Below, in pieces: positions 50,865 through 64,000 of a stretch of DNA of 64,000 nt (the stretch's first letter is position 1; every line of letters starts with the position of its first letter). This DNA comes from Octopus sinensis. Its lineage: Eukaryota. Under the pieces are notes generated by a model, which worked only from the letters and a program-made list of their open reading frames with translations, was not told the origin of the DNA and did no database searches. Both the position numbers and the translations under genes were made by a program. The stretch is taken from the NCBI RefSeq assembly GCF_006345805.1, contig NC_043013.1, positions 868,001 through 932,000 on the forward strand. Direction: 5' to 3'.

Positions 50865-52392
50865 TATATACACACCTATACAACACAATGTAATTATTAT
50901 TATTAGTTGTTTCACTGTGAGCACTCTAATTTTGCTTGTGCCTTAATCCACAGCTGACATGTGATTTGCATAAAACCACAAAATACACCATTTGCTTCTT
51001 CTCTACAAACTGCTTTAAAATTGTGAAATATTTACATTCATTTGCTACACTTATCCATAGAGTTTACAACAAGTAGTGCTAAATGATTTTATTTTTTTAT
51101 GATAGCAAGTCTCCGTTCGTAAATATACAAATATATAAATCAAAACAAAATGAAATTTTTAATTCATGTTACATTTTTGTTCTGCTTAATTATTTTTCTA
51201 TTTCATTGTTTTCTTCAAACCATGTGAGTTGTGTTGCTTTTGTTTTAAAACTATTGTTTCTGAAACTATTTTGAAGAACTTTATTGAACATTTTGGATGG
51301 TTGTAATCTCACAACACTAACTTATACTAAAATAATTAAACATTTATCACTTGCTTTTTTTTCCCCCCTAAAACAGCTAAGTGATAATTAATTTTAAAAT
51401 GGCAATTAATACTGAATTCTTTATAGATAGTAATTATTATATACAGAGTTATGAATTTAAAAAAATATAATTTTGTAACTTTTGTGATTTTTCTTTTTCG
51501 GTATGGAATACTTTTTTATATTAAGAACTCAATACTCAAAAGATTATTCCCTTTTTTTTTTTTATGGTAACTTTGCTGAACTTTTATTTTGTTGTATTCA
51601 TTCTTGAATCTATTGATATAATAAACCTCATCTATTTCAGAATAAATCAGCTAAATAAGTAGGTGGAAAGGGCAAGGTTTCCGTTTTTCTGTTCAAACTC
51701 GTCCTTTGTAAGTTTGCATTTGCATCAATTCTTCTTAAGGAAGAATTTAAACATTAGTTGGGAAACTCATTGCAGTAATAATTCCTCAAGTGAGCCACAC
51801 GGTACCCACTGAGGGAGACTTACGTTTGGTAGTGCTGTAAAATCTTGCATGGAACCATTGGAAAGATAATAATTGTTAAAAAAAGACTAGTTTGAAAACT
51901 GAGTTATTTTTAAAAATTAAATTTCTGATATTTCTTAAAAGATCTGAAATGTTTTAGTGACACCCCTCCTCTTTTTGAATGTTTATTATAATATTGGGTA
52001 TAAGGTATTTGTGTTTTATTGAGTCCAGCATACTCAAGAATTTTTTTTATTAATTTATTAGTCATTTCCTTTTTAAATTTCATCTCTCAACATTGCCTGT
52101 AACTTACTTGAAGTAAAAACATAATGGAGGTTAAACCTTGTCTTATTCAGATCTGGTGGGTTTTTTTTATTCTTTACTTGACTGTAAGAACCATTTTCTA
52201 TTGAAATACTCACACACACACACTTTTATATATAAAGGAATTTAAAAGAAGAACCAGCATTTAAGACAAACCTACACAGTGGAAGACCATCAAATGTGAT
52301 TATTGGCACAAATCACTCGCAAATAAGCGTTTGATTCATGCACACAAACAAATCACAACCTACTTCATATATATATATATGTACTTCATATA

Positions 52393-52437
<45 letters not shown>

Positions 52438-52879
52438 CTATATTTCTTTAGAGAGAATTAAATACAGGAAAATGTTTCCATTCTTAAGCTGGAGTTTGGA
52501 ACAAGAAGTTCTGACACAGAATTATTATGGAAGATTTTAATTGAAATATGAACACTTGAAATGAAGAAGGTTTTGATTTTCATATGACGCTAAGTGAAAT
52601 CAAGCTGGCTGATTGGCAAAAAGTTAAAGTAATTAAGGCTAAGAATGGTCAGAGTAATGAAAACTTACAGCAATAGTCTGGTAAAGAAGCAGCTGTTCTC
52701 CTGACAAACACAATGGTGATTAGCATATTTGTATTCAAATCTGCCAACACATATTAGAAATAAGTATGCAAGTCATTGTTTACTTGTTTCAGTCATTTGA
52801 CTGTTAAACATTTCAGAATTTTATGAGTCTTTAAGTTTCTTTCACTTTCAAGGAATATATGCATGTGTCAGTGTGTGTG

Positions 52880-53065
52880 CGTGTGCCGTGTGAAAAGCCC
52901 TCTGTATATTCTGTAAAGTGGTTTGCATTAGGAAGGCCATCCAGCCATAGAAACCATTCCAAAACAGTAATGGCTCCTGGTGTAGCCTCCGGCCTTACCA
53001 GCTCCTGTCAGACTGTCTTAACCCATGCCAGCTTGGAAAACGGACATTAAATGATGAGGATGATA
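52880..53065 (+). mobile_element. RTE 3' end within the putative 3' UTR; further copies at ~53570-53745 (+), ~54345-54615 (-), ~56230-56495 (-)
   Basis: Shared AGGAAGG.CATCCAGC and ACCCATGCCAGC..GGAAA..GGAC.TTAAA motifs. Confidence 0.8.
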
Positions 53066-53133
53066 GTGTGTGTGTATGTATGTATGTATGTGTGTGAGTG
53101 TGTATATATATATATATATATGCACACACACAC

Positions 53134-53184
<51 letters not shown>

Positions 53185-53457
53185 TATATGTACACACATA
53201 CACACTGGCATATATATATGAACTAAGGACACAAATACTCAGCATAATATAGCTTTTATGTATATATGATATTTACAATCTGCATTTAAGTTCCTATTTT
53301 TTGGTGTTGGGAGTCAAATGTTCAGATTTCTTTAAAGTTATCTTTGTAATTTGTAAAGCCATTTCATCCTTTTGTAACTTATCAACCAGCTATAATTATT
53401 AACCAAGGTATGCTGTTGCTATTTTTAGAATTTTTTTTCTTTTTTATATATGTAATC

Positions 53458-53520
53458 AATAAATTTTAAATTGAAGCAATAAAATATGAGGCTTTCTTTC
53501 TGTTTTCCTTTTTTTCGTAA
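53458..53520 (+). terminator. Probable polyadenylation region of E-Syt (implies ~4.2 kb 3' UTR)
   Basis: Tandem AATAAA at 53458 and 53478 followed by a U/GU-rich tract; upstream DNA is AT-rich and mostly repeat-poor. An alternative AATAAA lies near 51640. Confidence 0.5.
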
Positions 53521-54839
53521 TACTTTAAATGTAATGTCTATTAGTTCCTTTATTCCAAATTCCCTAACTTAAAAGGCACCCAGTACGTTCTTTAAAGTGG
53601 TTGGCATTAGGAAGGGCATCCAGCCATAGAAACGAAGTCAACTCAGAATGGAACCTGGTGCTGCAGCTCTCCAGCCTTGCCATCTCTGGTCAAACCATGC
53701 AACCTTTGCCAGCATAAAAAACAGCCATTAAATGATGATGATGGCTTGGTACTTTGAGATATTTGAAAGACATTAGAGTTGGTGGACACAGCCCAGAAGT
53801 TCGTCTTGGGTGTTTTATGGTATATGGTATCATCCCTTTACAGTATACAGCCCAAAGACTAACCTTCAGGTTCAGCTCTTTGGTTTTGCTGACTCATGAT
53901 GAAGAGCAAGTGTGACTGTCAGAGGAATGCTGTCACCACATCTGGGGCAGTGTTGCTGCTGCTCTGTGCACACACACACACACACTAAACCAACACCTTA
54001 ATTGGCAACGGGTCACTGAATAACTCACTACAGCCTGCAACTTCCAGACATGTATATATGGCTGTGGTACATTCATATTTACAGTTTGCATGTTCTGTAT
54101 GACCCCCACCCCCATTTCTTGTCCAGACTATCGGTCTCCAGGAAGCAGTCTAGAGATGTGCAACCCAATGAATATCGTCTGGCAGTCACTTACCATATCT
54201 TGAACGTATTGCTTCTTTGGGTATCAACACTTTTGACATCCATCTGGCAGTAGAATCCCAAAATATTATCTGCCATCTTTCAAACAACAGCTTTAGTCAA
54301 CATTTTGAATTCACTACCTCTACCAATCATCACCATGCTTATATCATCATCATCATCGTTTAACGTCCGTTTTCCATGCTGGCATGGGTTGGATGGTTCG
54401 ACTGGGCCAATCTGATCTGGCAGTGTTTCTACAGTTGGATGCCATTCCTAATACCAACCACTCTGAGAGTGTAGTGGGTGCTTTTTACATGCCACTGGCA
54501 CAGGGGCCACAGGAGTTGGCATCAACCACGATTGGATGGTGCTTTTTACGTGCCACCGGCATGGAAGCCAGTCAAAGCAGCACTGGTATCGGCCACTTTT
54601 GGATGGTGCTTTTATAATCAGAAGAAAATGCTACGAGTTGTAGTACACCTGAGCACTCTATCCAATTATTAGAGTTCAATTGCAGTGTGTGGCACCTTGG
54701 GAAAATGTCCTCAACTATAGCTACAAATTAACTAAAGCCTTGTCAATGGATTTGATAGAAAGAAACTGAAAGAAGGCCATAATGTATACATACATTTTAT
54801 ATATATATATATAAACATAAATAATATCTTTAAATATGA

Positions 54840-55038
54840 TATGTGACAATTGGTTGTCATAATAAAACTCAGAGTTTTGGATACTGGGGCTGAAGTTTGC
54901 TCTGGCATCTCATCAGTTATTAAGACAAAAGCGTTTTTGTTTGTCTTAATTAATAACTGATGAGATGCTGGAGCAGACTTCAGCCCCGGTATCCGAAACT
55001 CTGAGTTTTATTATGACAACCAACTAATTGCCACATAT
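54840..55038. mobile_element. Penelope-like fold-back element, one hammerhead per arm (distinct family)
   Basis: 54840-54929 mirrors 54940-55038. Confidence 0.82.
54951..55013 (+). ncRNA. Type I hammerhead ribozyme
   Basis: Stem I TAATAA/TTATTA; CTGATGA; stem II GATGCTGG/CCGGTATC(C); GAA; stem III ACTC-T-GAGT; GUU triplet (cut after 55007). The mirror copy 54860-54922 has AAAA in place of GAAA. Confidence 0.8.
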
Positions 55039-56889
55039 TACAGATAAATTCCTCTATTTACATAAAATCGAGGTCTCATTCATTCTTTTGTTGTCATATT
55101 ATTATTATTAATATAAATAATACAGATATTTTCTGAAAATCTTTTTAGTCTAACCACAATATTTCTTTGGGTTTGAGGTATGCATATACACAAAAGTCTG
55201 CATGTAATTGGCTTTTTTAAACAGAAATTTACAATACTGGTTAGTTGTGTCAAATACTAAATATATGAGACACTGTGAGGGAGGGATATCAATTTTTACA
55301 AGCAGCCATTTTTTGCAACTGATACGATTTAGATATTAAAAATGAAGTAAAATGGACCTTTTGAGGTTTCAGAAATAATTCAAATATTTTAGATTGCATA
55401 GTTTGGAGGTTATGACTTAGAGAAAAACATTTAGTCCAAGGTCCATTGTGATTAAACCAAACTCATGTTCAAAATCATTCCAGTTGTGAGCATGCTGTCT
55501 CTTTGACTATTGAGAACTACATTAGCCATTTTTTTGTTAAAAAATGTCATTTGAATGAGATGTGCCTGCTTTTTCTAGTTGACTGATGGATGGCACAGAA
55601 GTTCCTTTCGTTCACAGATTTGCCGTTTAAATGGTTAGACATTCAATATTTGAGAAGATGACTTGTAATTTACAAATGTTTCTTTGTATATGTTTTTTAA
55701 TTGTTTTTTTTTCTTTGCTTACTATTTTTCTATTTCAATGGAAGAAGAAGTACAACAATAAAACTTCATCTTAAATTACAACCTTCAATAAATTAGCCAG
55801 AAGAGAAAATAGTAACATGTAGGAACAAAAAGAAAGAAAGAAAAGGATAAATTTCCATCATCATCATCATTAGTGTCATCATCATCATCATCATCAATGT
55901 CAGCAGCAGCATTGTCGTCATCATCATCATTGTTCCTTCGCTGGGTTTGGTTTCTCAAGTGAGAATGTTATGTCTATGACAGTGATGCAAGGCACTATTT
56001 ACTTGGTCTTACTAGTTACATAATACAACTAAACTGGTTATAATAAATTCATTAAAACTAGGAATACACTGAATGTCTTGTCAACATATTTTCCCATGCT
56101 GTGAAAGAAATTTAAGAAGACTTTCAATTCTTGACCTGTTTTCAAAGAAATAGAGACTTGTTGATACGAAACAAACGCACAAAGGAAATAAATGAAAAAC
56201 TCCAAATAATCATGTATATATATATATATATACATCATCATCATCATCATTTGAAGTTTGTCTTTCATGCTGGCATGTGTTGGGCTGTTTGACAGGAACT
56301 GGCCAGGCAGGAGCCTATACCAGATTTCTGTATCTGATTTTGCATGGGTTTTACAGCTGGATGCCCTTCCTAACACCAACCACTCAGCAAAGAGGACTAA
56401 GTGCTTTTTACATGACATAAGCACAGGCAAAGTAAGTTTTGGCGTGGTTTTACAGCTGGATGCCCTTCCAAATGTCAACCACTTTACAGTGTGAACTTTT
56501 AACCCACATCATATGACGGGTCACTGAAGAAAAAAGCATCCGTTTTTTCTGGAGGTTATGAGGAAACAAAGTTATAAGGGGGCACACTTGTGTAGATATA
56601 CCAACAAACTAGTAAACTGATCCCAAGAGAACATTAGCTACATGGATGACTGTGGTCTTGGAGGGCTTATGAAGGCAATGGAAACAGCTCCATATCCCAG
56701 GACAAAGCAATATTAAAAAAATTAAATCAATCTATACCTCCACTCCAACCGCCAACAATACAATAATCTCATAGAGTTGAAAGCATAAATATAGAGCAAT
56801 GAGTCATGTCTTCTACTATCTCAAATTGAAATCTGATAAAGCCAGCTTATATAATCTTCATCTCTCTGGAATCCCTCAACCAACAATTG

Positions 56890-57912
56890 CAGCGGTTCTC
56901 AACAGGTCCCTGTGACCCTTGGAGGTCCATGTAAGATTTCGTTGTTAAATTGTATGTTCAATAAATGGCAGAGTTTCAGATCAGGTGATAATCACAGGTT
57001 GGCTTTTCCCCATTTTAACGGGGGAAGGGGGCATCTTTTTATGAAGAAAAATTCTTCAAAATTTATGGTTTTTCTTTCACCTCCCCGGACTGAATTTGAC
57101 CAGGTTTTTTTCTTTTGCACTTTGCACTTAAAAATCTTAGGAGGAGCCTCTTTTTTTTATATATATATATTTTCAGTTGAAAGAGTGTGTTATTTAAAGG
57201 AAATTTGGCTGTTGTTTCAAGCACATTCCACGACCACCGTCCTCGTCACTTTGTCACTGACATGTATTGATGTTTTCCAATATTCTTCTCCCCATAAACG
57301 TTTCCATGCCGGACGAAAAGCTTTGCGGTATTTCGTCTGCCGCTACGTTCTGAGTTCAAATTCCGCCGAGGTGGACTTTGCCTTTCATCCTTTCAGGGTC
57401 GATAAATTAAGTACCAGTTACGCACTGGAGTCGATGTAATCGACTTAATCCGTTTGTCTGTCCTTGTTTGTCCCCTCTGTGTTTAGCCCCTTGTGGGTAG
57501 TAAAGAAATAGGTATTTTGCCCGTCGCTACGTTCTGAGTTCAAATTCCACCGGGGTCGACTTTGTCTTTCATCCTTTCTGTATTGATAAATTAAGTACCA
57601 GTTGCGTACTGAGGTCGATCTAATTGACTGGCCCCCCCCTACCCTAAAATTTCGGGCCTTGTGCCTAAAGTAGAAAAGAATACCCCCCCCCCCCTCCAAC
57701 TTACGTGGGTGTCCTGATCCGAAACTCTGCCGAATAAACTGGTTTAATTTCTCCAAAATGTTTTAATTTGTTTTTTCATAGAATTCCTAATATTTAATTG
57801 TAGAAATATAAAAGGATTTTTTTCAACACGGAATGGCTCTGAGGGTCCACCTGAGTAAAGTAGGAATCAGAAGGGTCCACAGGTGGAAAAAAAAAATGGT
57901 TGAGAACCATTG
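56890..57912. mobile_element. hAT-type non-autonomous element with a nested Nin-SINE dimer (57305-57680)
   Basis: TIRs CAGCGGTTCTCAAC ... GTTGAGAACCATTG; internal GGTCC motifs. Confidence 0.65.
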
Positions 57913-58096
57913 ATCTATACGTTTCCTGTAGAAAATATCTTGTTCATAGTCACAGTCATAGACTTGTGATGAAAAAATTTGCTTAGCAACCACATGGCGT
58001 CGAGTTCGATCTCAATGCATGGCACCTTAAGCGAGTGTCTTCTAAAATAGCCTCACGTTAAGTATGTCGCGTGAGTGGAATTTAATACGGTGGAAA

Positions 58097-58106
58097 CACA
58101 CACACA

Positions 58107-58149
<43 letters not shown>

Positions 58150-58169
58150 ACACACACACACACACCACA

Positions 58170-58202
<33 letters not shown>

Positions 58203-58250
58203 ACACACCACACACCACACACAACACCACACACCACACACACACCACAC

Positions 58251-58281
<31 letters not shown>

Positions 58282-58301
58282 CCACACACACACACACACC
58301 A

Positions 58302-58332
<31 letters not shown>

Positions 58333-58355
58333 CCACACACACACACCACACCACA

Positions 58356-58386
<31 letters not shown>

Positions 58387-58408
58387 CACCACACACACAC
58401 ACACACAC
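58097..58408. repeat. (CA)n/(CACAC)n microsatellite following a SINE head (57965-58095)
   Basis: Directly visible. Confidence 0.95.
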
Positions 58409-59001
58409 AAATATGTATGTATTTCTGTTTCTGTGAAATAGTACCTCGAGTTGTCTCCCCTTACGCAGGGTACCGTATTTACTGATGTCTAAGACAAGGT
58501 TTTACTTTTTTATTCTTTTCATTTTTAAATGCTGCCAAAACTTGTCGTGCGTCTAATACTGCGATATTAAGGATGAGAGAGCAAGTGCCATACAATAGAG
58601 AGTTGGATGAGCATAAGTATGCAAGGCACAATAATTTTTGCTAATAATAAAATATTGAAAAGAAGCCAAATTATCACAGACTGTTGGCACGGACCTACGA
58701 AAACTTACTTAGGGTACAACGGCACTTACGTAGAGAGGTCACATTATCTCGTTACATCTCCTTCCTCCAGTATACATAACCCACATCTAATATTTGTTTT
58801 ATATTATTTAATGACTGTGTTATCCTTTAAGAAGTATTCTTTAATTACCTAATTACCTAACCTTATCTAAATGAAAATTTGTCCTAGAAACATGAAAGGG
58901 ATGTTAAATTGTCACCCATCAGTCATTTGTAACGATTGGATGACAATAAAACCTTAGCAACGGTGGCTACTCTGGTGGCCGCTCGCCGTTACGCAAAACA
59001 C

Positions 59002-59495
59002 CAGGCATTTGCCATATTCTAAACGCCTTACTTCCCTGGGCATGGACACATTGAAACTCCGACGTCTGACAGCTGACTTGGCAGACACCCATAAAATTAT
59101 TAACCATCTTACAAACAATAACTCTGAGCACCTTTTCAAACTCCACCCGTCTAACACCCGTGGACATGTTTACAAAGTCAGAAAACAGCACAGCTCCCAT
59201 GACTTTCGGAAAAATTTCTTCACGCTAAGAGTTGCTGAAGCATGGAACAAACTGCCGGCATCAGCTGTTAGTTGTCGGAGCACTGCATCCTTCAAAACTT
59301 CCATGCTTCCTGAGATTCGCCAACACTACACCTGATTTTCTCCCCTCCATACACACACACAAGCATGTAGCTGACTCATACACTGTTCGCTTCCCAGACA
59401 TTTGTACATTACTGCAGATGCTTTATACGCACTTTTGACAAGTTATGGTGCACCTGAGCACTGTATACAATAATTTCATTATTATTCTATTATTA
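59002..59495 (+). mobile_element. 3' fragment of the same CR1-like LINE family as 8174-9098
   Basis: ORF 59009-59335 closely matches the C-terminus of ORF 8244-9062; shared 3' end GTGCACCTGAGCACTGTA.ACAAT. Confidence 0.9.
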
Positions 59496-59999
59496 TATCA
59501 CAAGCAGAAATAACAAGTTTTACGTCCTGTATGGCAATTCCTTCAACCAAATTATAAACAATTGTACAGTTGACTCGAAAGAGGATATAATATACGGTAC
59601 CCCATAACGTAGTTTGTTTGTGACAAATTTATTGTTTCATACTGTATTCCAGTATTCTGTTAAAAATGTGTTTGTATGCCCAAAGTCATACATCCCCCCA
59701 CCACCACAAAAACCTCTTTAAAATATCTTTCAATAAGTGTATGATGAAACAAACTGAACAGAGGCGCGTCTTATACGCCGGCACATACGATAACGAAGCC
59801 ATTAGATGAATTAAAATCAGTCCCGGGACTGATCTGATTGGCTTACTCTGTTGAAGGAAGTATCCCGGCATAACAACTGTCCAATGATTGAAATCAATAA
59901 ATTAAAGAAATCAATAACTTAAAATAATCAAAACACAATACCTGATGACTTTCGATGATGTTACAGCGCAGACAAAACTTCTTCATCAACCAAACAACA

Positions 60000-60200
60000 T
60001 GTTTAAGTATGGGTCAGCAATTTCAGGAGAGTGGATAAGATCGATTATATCAACCCCGTCTTCAACTGCAACTTATCTTATCGATCCCGAAAGGATAAAT
60101 GGCGAAGTTGATCTCAGCGGAATTTGAACTCAGAACGTAAAGACGGACGAAATGCCGCTAAGCATTTCGCCCGACCTGCAAACGATTTTGCCTTAGCATG
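60000..60200 (-). mobile_element. Nin/Deu-domain tRNA SINE
   Basis: ATTTGAACTCAGAACGTAAAGACGGACGAAATGCCGCTAAGCATTTCGCCCG. Confidence 0.8.
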
Positions 60201-60536
60201 TTCATACATCAATACATGAATTAATAAAACATATCGTAACTGGTTCCAATCAAAACCATGTTTTATTCTGTCGTCAACATCGTGAGTACAAATCGAACCA
60301 AATGTTGTATTTCTCTTGTTCTTCTGATTCCTGCTGTTTCATTTATTATTTATGCACGTTGTCTGATAGAACCAGAATCCATCGATCGTTGATTTTACGT
60401 GGAAACAAGTTAAAGCAACAGATTGGAATTGTTTATGGCATTTTCCCAACTGTTTCGTTTATGTACACCACTCGTTATTGTTGTTGGTTAATCTGTGCGG
60501 AACTTTGAATAAATTAAAAAAGCATTCCAGTTATAG

Positions 60537-60590
<54 letters not shown>

Positions 60591-60703
60591 GTATAGAGAG
60601 AGAGAGAGAGGAGAGAGAGATACATGCACCATACATGTATACATACATACATTCATGCATACATACATACATTCATACATACATACGTACATACATACAT
60701 ACA

Positions 60704-60736
<33 letters not shown>

Positions 60737-60834
60737 GGTATATTTAGGATTACATTATTCTGCGTTTTCTTGTAATTTGTAGTTTGATCTAGATTTCGTT
60801 GCTATTTCTAACCAGTGGAGAGGCTTATTACATA

Positions 60835-61252
60835 TGTAACGTGAAAGGATCTATCATCGAAGCACTGGCAGGGTGTCGAGATCCTTTCTAGTCACATACA
60901 AAAATTCTTGTAGAAAACAAACAGACGAAACTCAGGTTAAAGGTGAACAGACAACTTGGTTTATTGATTCATGGTTGTACGTTGTCTGATGGGGGAATAG
61001 ACAGCCTCTGATATACTGCTGGTGTTGGTCGTTGAGGTTGGTTGAAGTTGGTTGAAGTTGGTGTGTGGCTGTCAGAGCCAGGAAAACCGTGACCGATCGC
61101 AGTGCTGTCTTGAGCCGAAGAGAGAGATTTGAGGTTCGCGGGCTCGAGAGATGTTTTCCCGCACATGCGCATGGGGAAGACTTCCGGTGGCCACCCGGAA
61201 GTAGTCCCATTCTGCGCATGCGCGCCGAACCCTACACTGTAGCATCACTACA
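60835..61252 (-). mobile_element. 3' LTR of a Ty3/Gypsy element (~418 bp)
   Basis: Minus strand TGTAG...TTACA termini; purine-rich tract GGAGGGGAG just upstream; AATAAA on minus strand near 60960. Confidence 0.8.
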
Positions 61253-61439
61253 GGGCTCCCCTCCGAGTGCGAAGTACGGCAACCAGAATATTGTGGTGGT
61301 GCTGCAGAAAACAGAAGGCTTGCCGATCCCCCAGAAGACTTGGTACATACTATTATACAATAAGAAACATTTTAAAGTTAAATGTAAATTGTTTTTGAAA
61401 GTTTCTTGGGCCAATGCACTGTTCTGCCCGACTTTGTAA

Positions 61440-64000
61440 CATACGGTGTGCTCGGGCGGGGCACCCGTTGACGGCGAGGGTGGTGTTGTAGGAGCCGGTG
61501 AAGGTGTTTGTGCAGGTGAAGGCGTTTGTGCAGGTGAAGGCGTTTGTGCAGGTGAAAGTGTTGTTAAAGGTGCATAGGTGGGTGTGTCAAGGTTGTCATC
61601 AAAAGATGAAGACGTCTCAAAAGTGCCTTTTTTAAACGGTCCACGGAAACGGTCTCCGAACGACCATTTATCTCAATCGTGAAAACCTTGGTGTGCGAGA
61701 AAGCACACGAAAAGGTCCTTTATAGGGAGAAACAAGTGGGCCCTTCACAGAATCGTCCCGAACAAAACATGCGACCAGGTGTTCATATCCGGTGGAAGAT
61801 GGGACGGTGGAGATTGCTTTCTGGGAAGCATGGGCGGAAGTTTGAAAAATATTCCCGCAGTCTGGTGACATAGGTCGCCGGATCATGGGGCGGGGAAGTG
61901 TCTGGCACCAACATCGTACCGGGCAATGCCAGTGTGGTACCATACAGCAGCTCTGCAGCAGAAAACCCCAGGTCTGCCTTGACAGCAGTCCGACAGCCGA
62001 GAAGCACAATGGGCAGAAATTCGATCCAGGACTGTGGGTCCGAAGAGGCACGAAGAGCGGCCTTGAGCTGTCTATGGAACCGCTCAACCAATCCATTAGA
62101 CGCTGGATGGTAGCTTGTGGTGTGGATATGGTGCATACCCAAATTCGCGACAATTCGCGAAATAGCGAGGCCTCAAACTGTCGTCCACGATCAGTTGTCA
62201 ATCGGGACGGGACTCCGAAGCGAGAAATCCAGTTTGAAACGAAAGCTCGCGCAACAGTCTCAGCAGAAATGTCTGCTATCGAATGGCTTCTGGCCAGCGG
62301 GAGAAACGATCGACACAAGTTAATAGATAAGAGAACCCGCGACTCACAGGCCATGGTCCAACCAGATCGATGTGGACATGGCGAAAACGGGCCTCCGTGG
62401 GGGGAAATTGTCCAAGCGGGGCACGAACGTGCCGTTGAATCTTGGATCGTTGACACTTGGAGCAGGTGCGTGTCCAACAAGTAATTGTGCGACGCATATT
62501 CGGCCAGAAAAACCGAGCAGTGATTAATTTGAGGGTGGCAGCGATGCCAGGATGTGATAAGGAGTGCAGTGCTTCAAACCTGAGCGTTGATGGGTCTCAG
62601 GCACCAGTGGCCTGGGAGATCCAGTTGAAGTGTCACAAAGAATGGTGCCTTCGGCTGACGGAAGCGGAAGGTAGGAAAACTGGCAACAGGAGAACTTGGG
62701 AGAAGTTAAATCTAACGACGCCAAAGGTGGCTGCTCCTGCGATATGGCAGCTAAGTCGATAGCAGCAGGAGACGAAAGGGCGCAAACTGGAAGGCGAGAG
62801 AGAGCGTCAGCAGGAACGTTCTCTTTTCCAGGTATGTGTCGAATGTTGCTAGTAAATTGAGAGATAAAATCCAGGTGCCGAAAAGCACGGGGTGAGAGTT
62901 TGTCCGTTTTTGAAAACAGGGCAAACGTAAGGGGCTTGTGATCCGTATAGATCACAAAATCTCGCCCTTCAAGTTGATGCCGGAAATGACGAACCGATAG
63001 ATAGATCGCTAGGAGCTCACGATCAAAGGTGCTGTATCGTCGTTCACTGGTTGCAGTTGACGGGAAAAGAAGGCTAGAGGTCGAACATGGTCATCCACTG
63101 TGTGTTGTAACACAGCGCCAATCGCAGTGTCCGATGCGTCCACAGTCAAAGAGAGAAAAGCACCAGGAACTGGATGTGCAAGCAAAGAAACAGAAGCCAG
63201 CTCCTTCTTAATGGACTCAAAGGCTGTCACTGCCTCAACAGAGAGGGTGACTTGACTGTCCTTTCTAGGAGAGTCCTTTAACAGCCTGGTGAGAGGTAGC
63301 AGCTTATCTGCACAACCGGGAATGAAGCGTCGGTAGAAATTGACCATCCCTAGATAATGCCTGAGCTGGCGCAAGGAAGTGGGGGGTGCGATGCGTTGAA
63401 TGGCATCGACTTTTGACGAGAGGGGCTGATTCCAGTCGAATCAATATGATGCCCTAGAAAATCTAGGGAAGAGCGTCCGAAAACACACTTGTCGGGGTTT
63501 ATGCGTATGCTATACGCGCGAAGACGCTGGAAGAGTTGAGAAAGGTGCCGGAGATGATTTTCTCGTGTGTCGCTCGCAATGAGTATGTCATCGACATAGG
63601 CAAACACAAAATCAAGACCGCGGACAACCTCATCAATGAAACGCTGGAAAGTGCTAGTAGCATTCCGCAAACCGAAACTCATGTACAAAAACTCAAAACA
63701 CCCAAACGGGGTAGTGATTGCAGTTTTTGGAACGTCGGCTGGGTTGACCGGTATTTGGTGGTAAGCGCGTATCAGATCGACCTTCGAAAAAATGGTACAA
63801 CCATGGAGATTTGCTGTAAAGTCCCGGAGATTTCTAATCGGATAGCGATCGGCTATTGTGACGGCATTGAGGCGTCGATAGTCTCCAACCGGGCGAAAAT
63901 CAGACTCGCCCTTTCGCGCCAAATGAAGGGGAGATGCCCATGGGCTGGTGGAGGGGCGTATAATGCCAAGTTGAAGCATGTGCTCAAACTCGGCTCTGGC
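61440..64000 (-). mobile_element. Ty3/Gypsy pol (RT - RNase H - integrase), frameshifted, runs off the window
   Basis: SPWASPL, DYRRLN, KTAITTPFG, FGLRNA, YVDDIL; YLGMVNFYRRF, DASD, TDHKPL, ENVPADALSR; [45 protein letters not shown]. Confidence 0.95.
61497..61560 (-). repeat. 18-bp tandem repeat (~3.5 copies) coding PAQTPS repeats in the integrase tail
   Basis: GGTGAAGG(C/T)GTTTGTGCA repeats. Confidence 0.85.

Overview
Eukaryotic, AT-rich, microsatellite- and SINE-dense genomic DNA. The repeat families look like those of a coleoid cephalopod (Octopus-like); this is inferred from repeat style, not proven. The window holds the last 18 coding exons (4430-49269, + strand, all GT-AG, reading frame continuous, 644 codons plus stop) of an extended-synaptotagmin gene (C-terminal SMP domain plus three C2 domains, ESYT2/3 type). 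Its 5' part lies upstream of the window, and a probable 3' UTR runs to about 53.5 kb. Introns and flanks carry CR1-like and RTE LINE fragments, tRNA-derived SINEs, piggyBac-, mariner- and hAT-type MITEs, a Helentron-type non-autonomous element, and, at the right end, a Ty3/Gypsy element (- strand) with its 3' LTR. The most notable non-obvious signals are: (i) four unrelated families of type I hammerhead ribozyme motifs, mostly inside Penelope-style fold-back inverted repeats, one of them joined to a tRNA-like Pol III head; (ii) a C4HC3 PHD-type finger inserted inside the reverse transcriptase of an RTE LINE whose 3' UTR module is repeated four times in tandem; (iii) several long dsRNA-forming inverted repeats next to exons. 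No prokaryotic system or CRISPR array is present.
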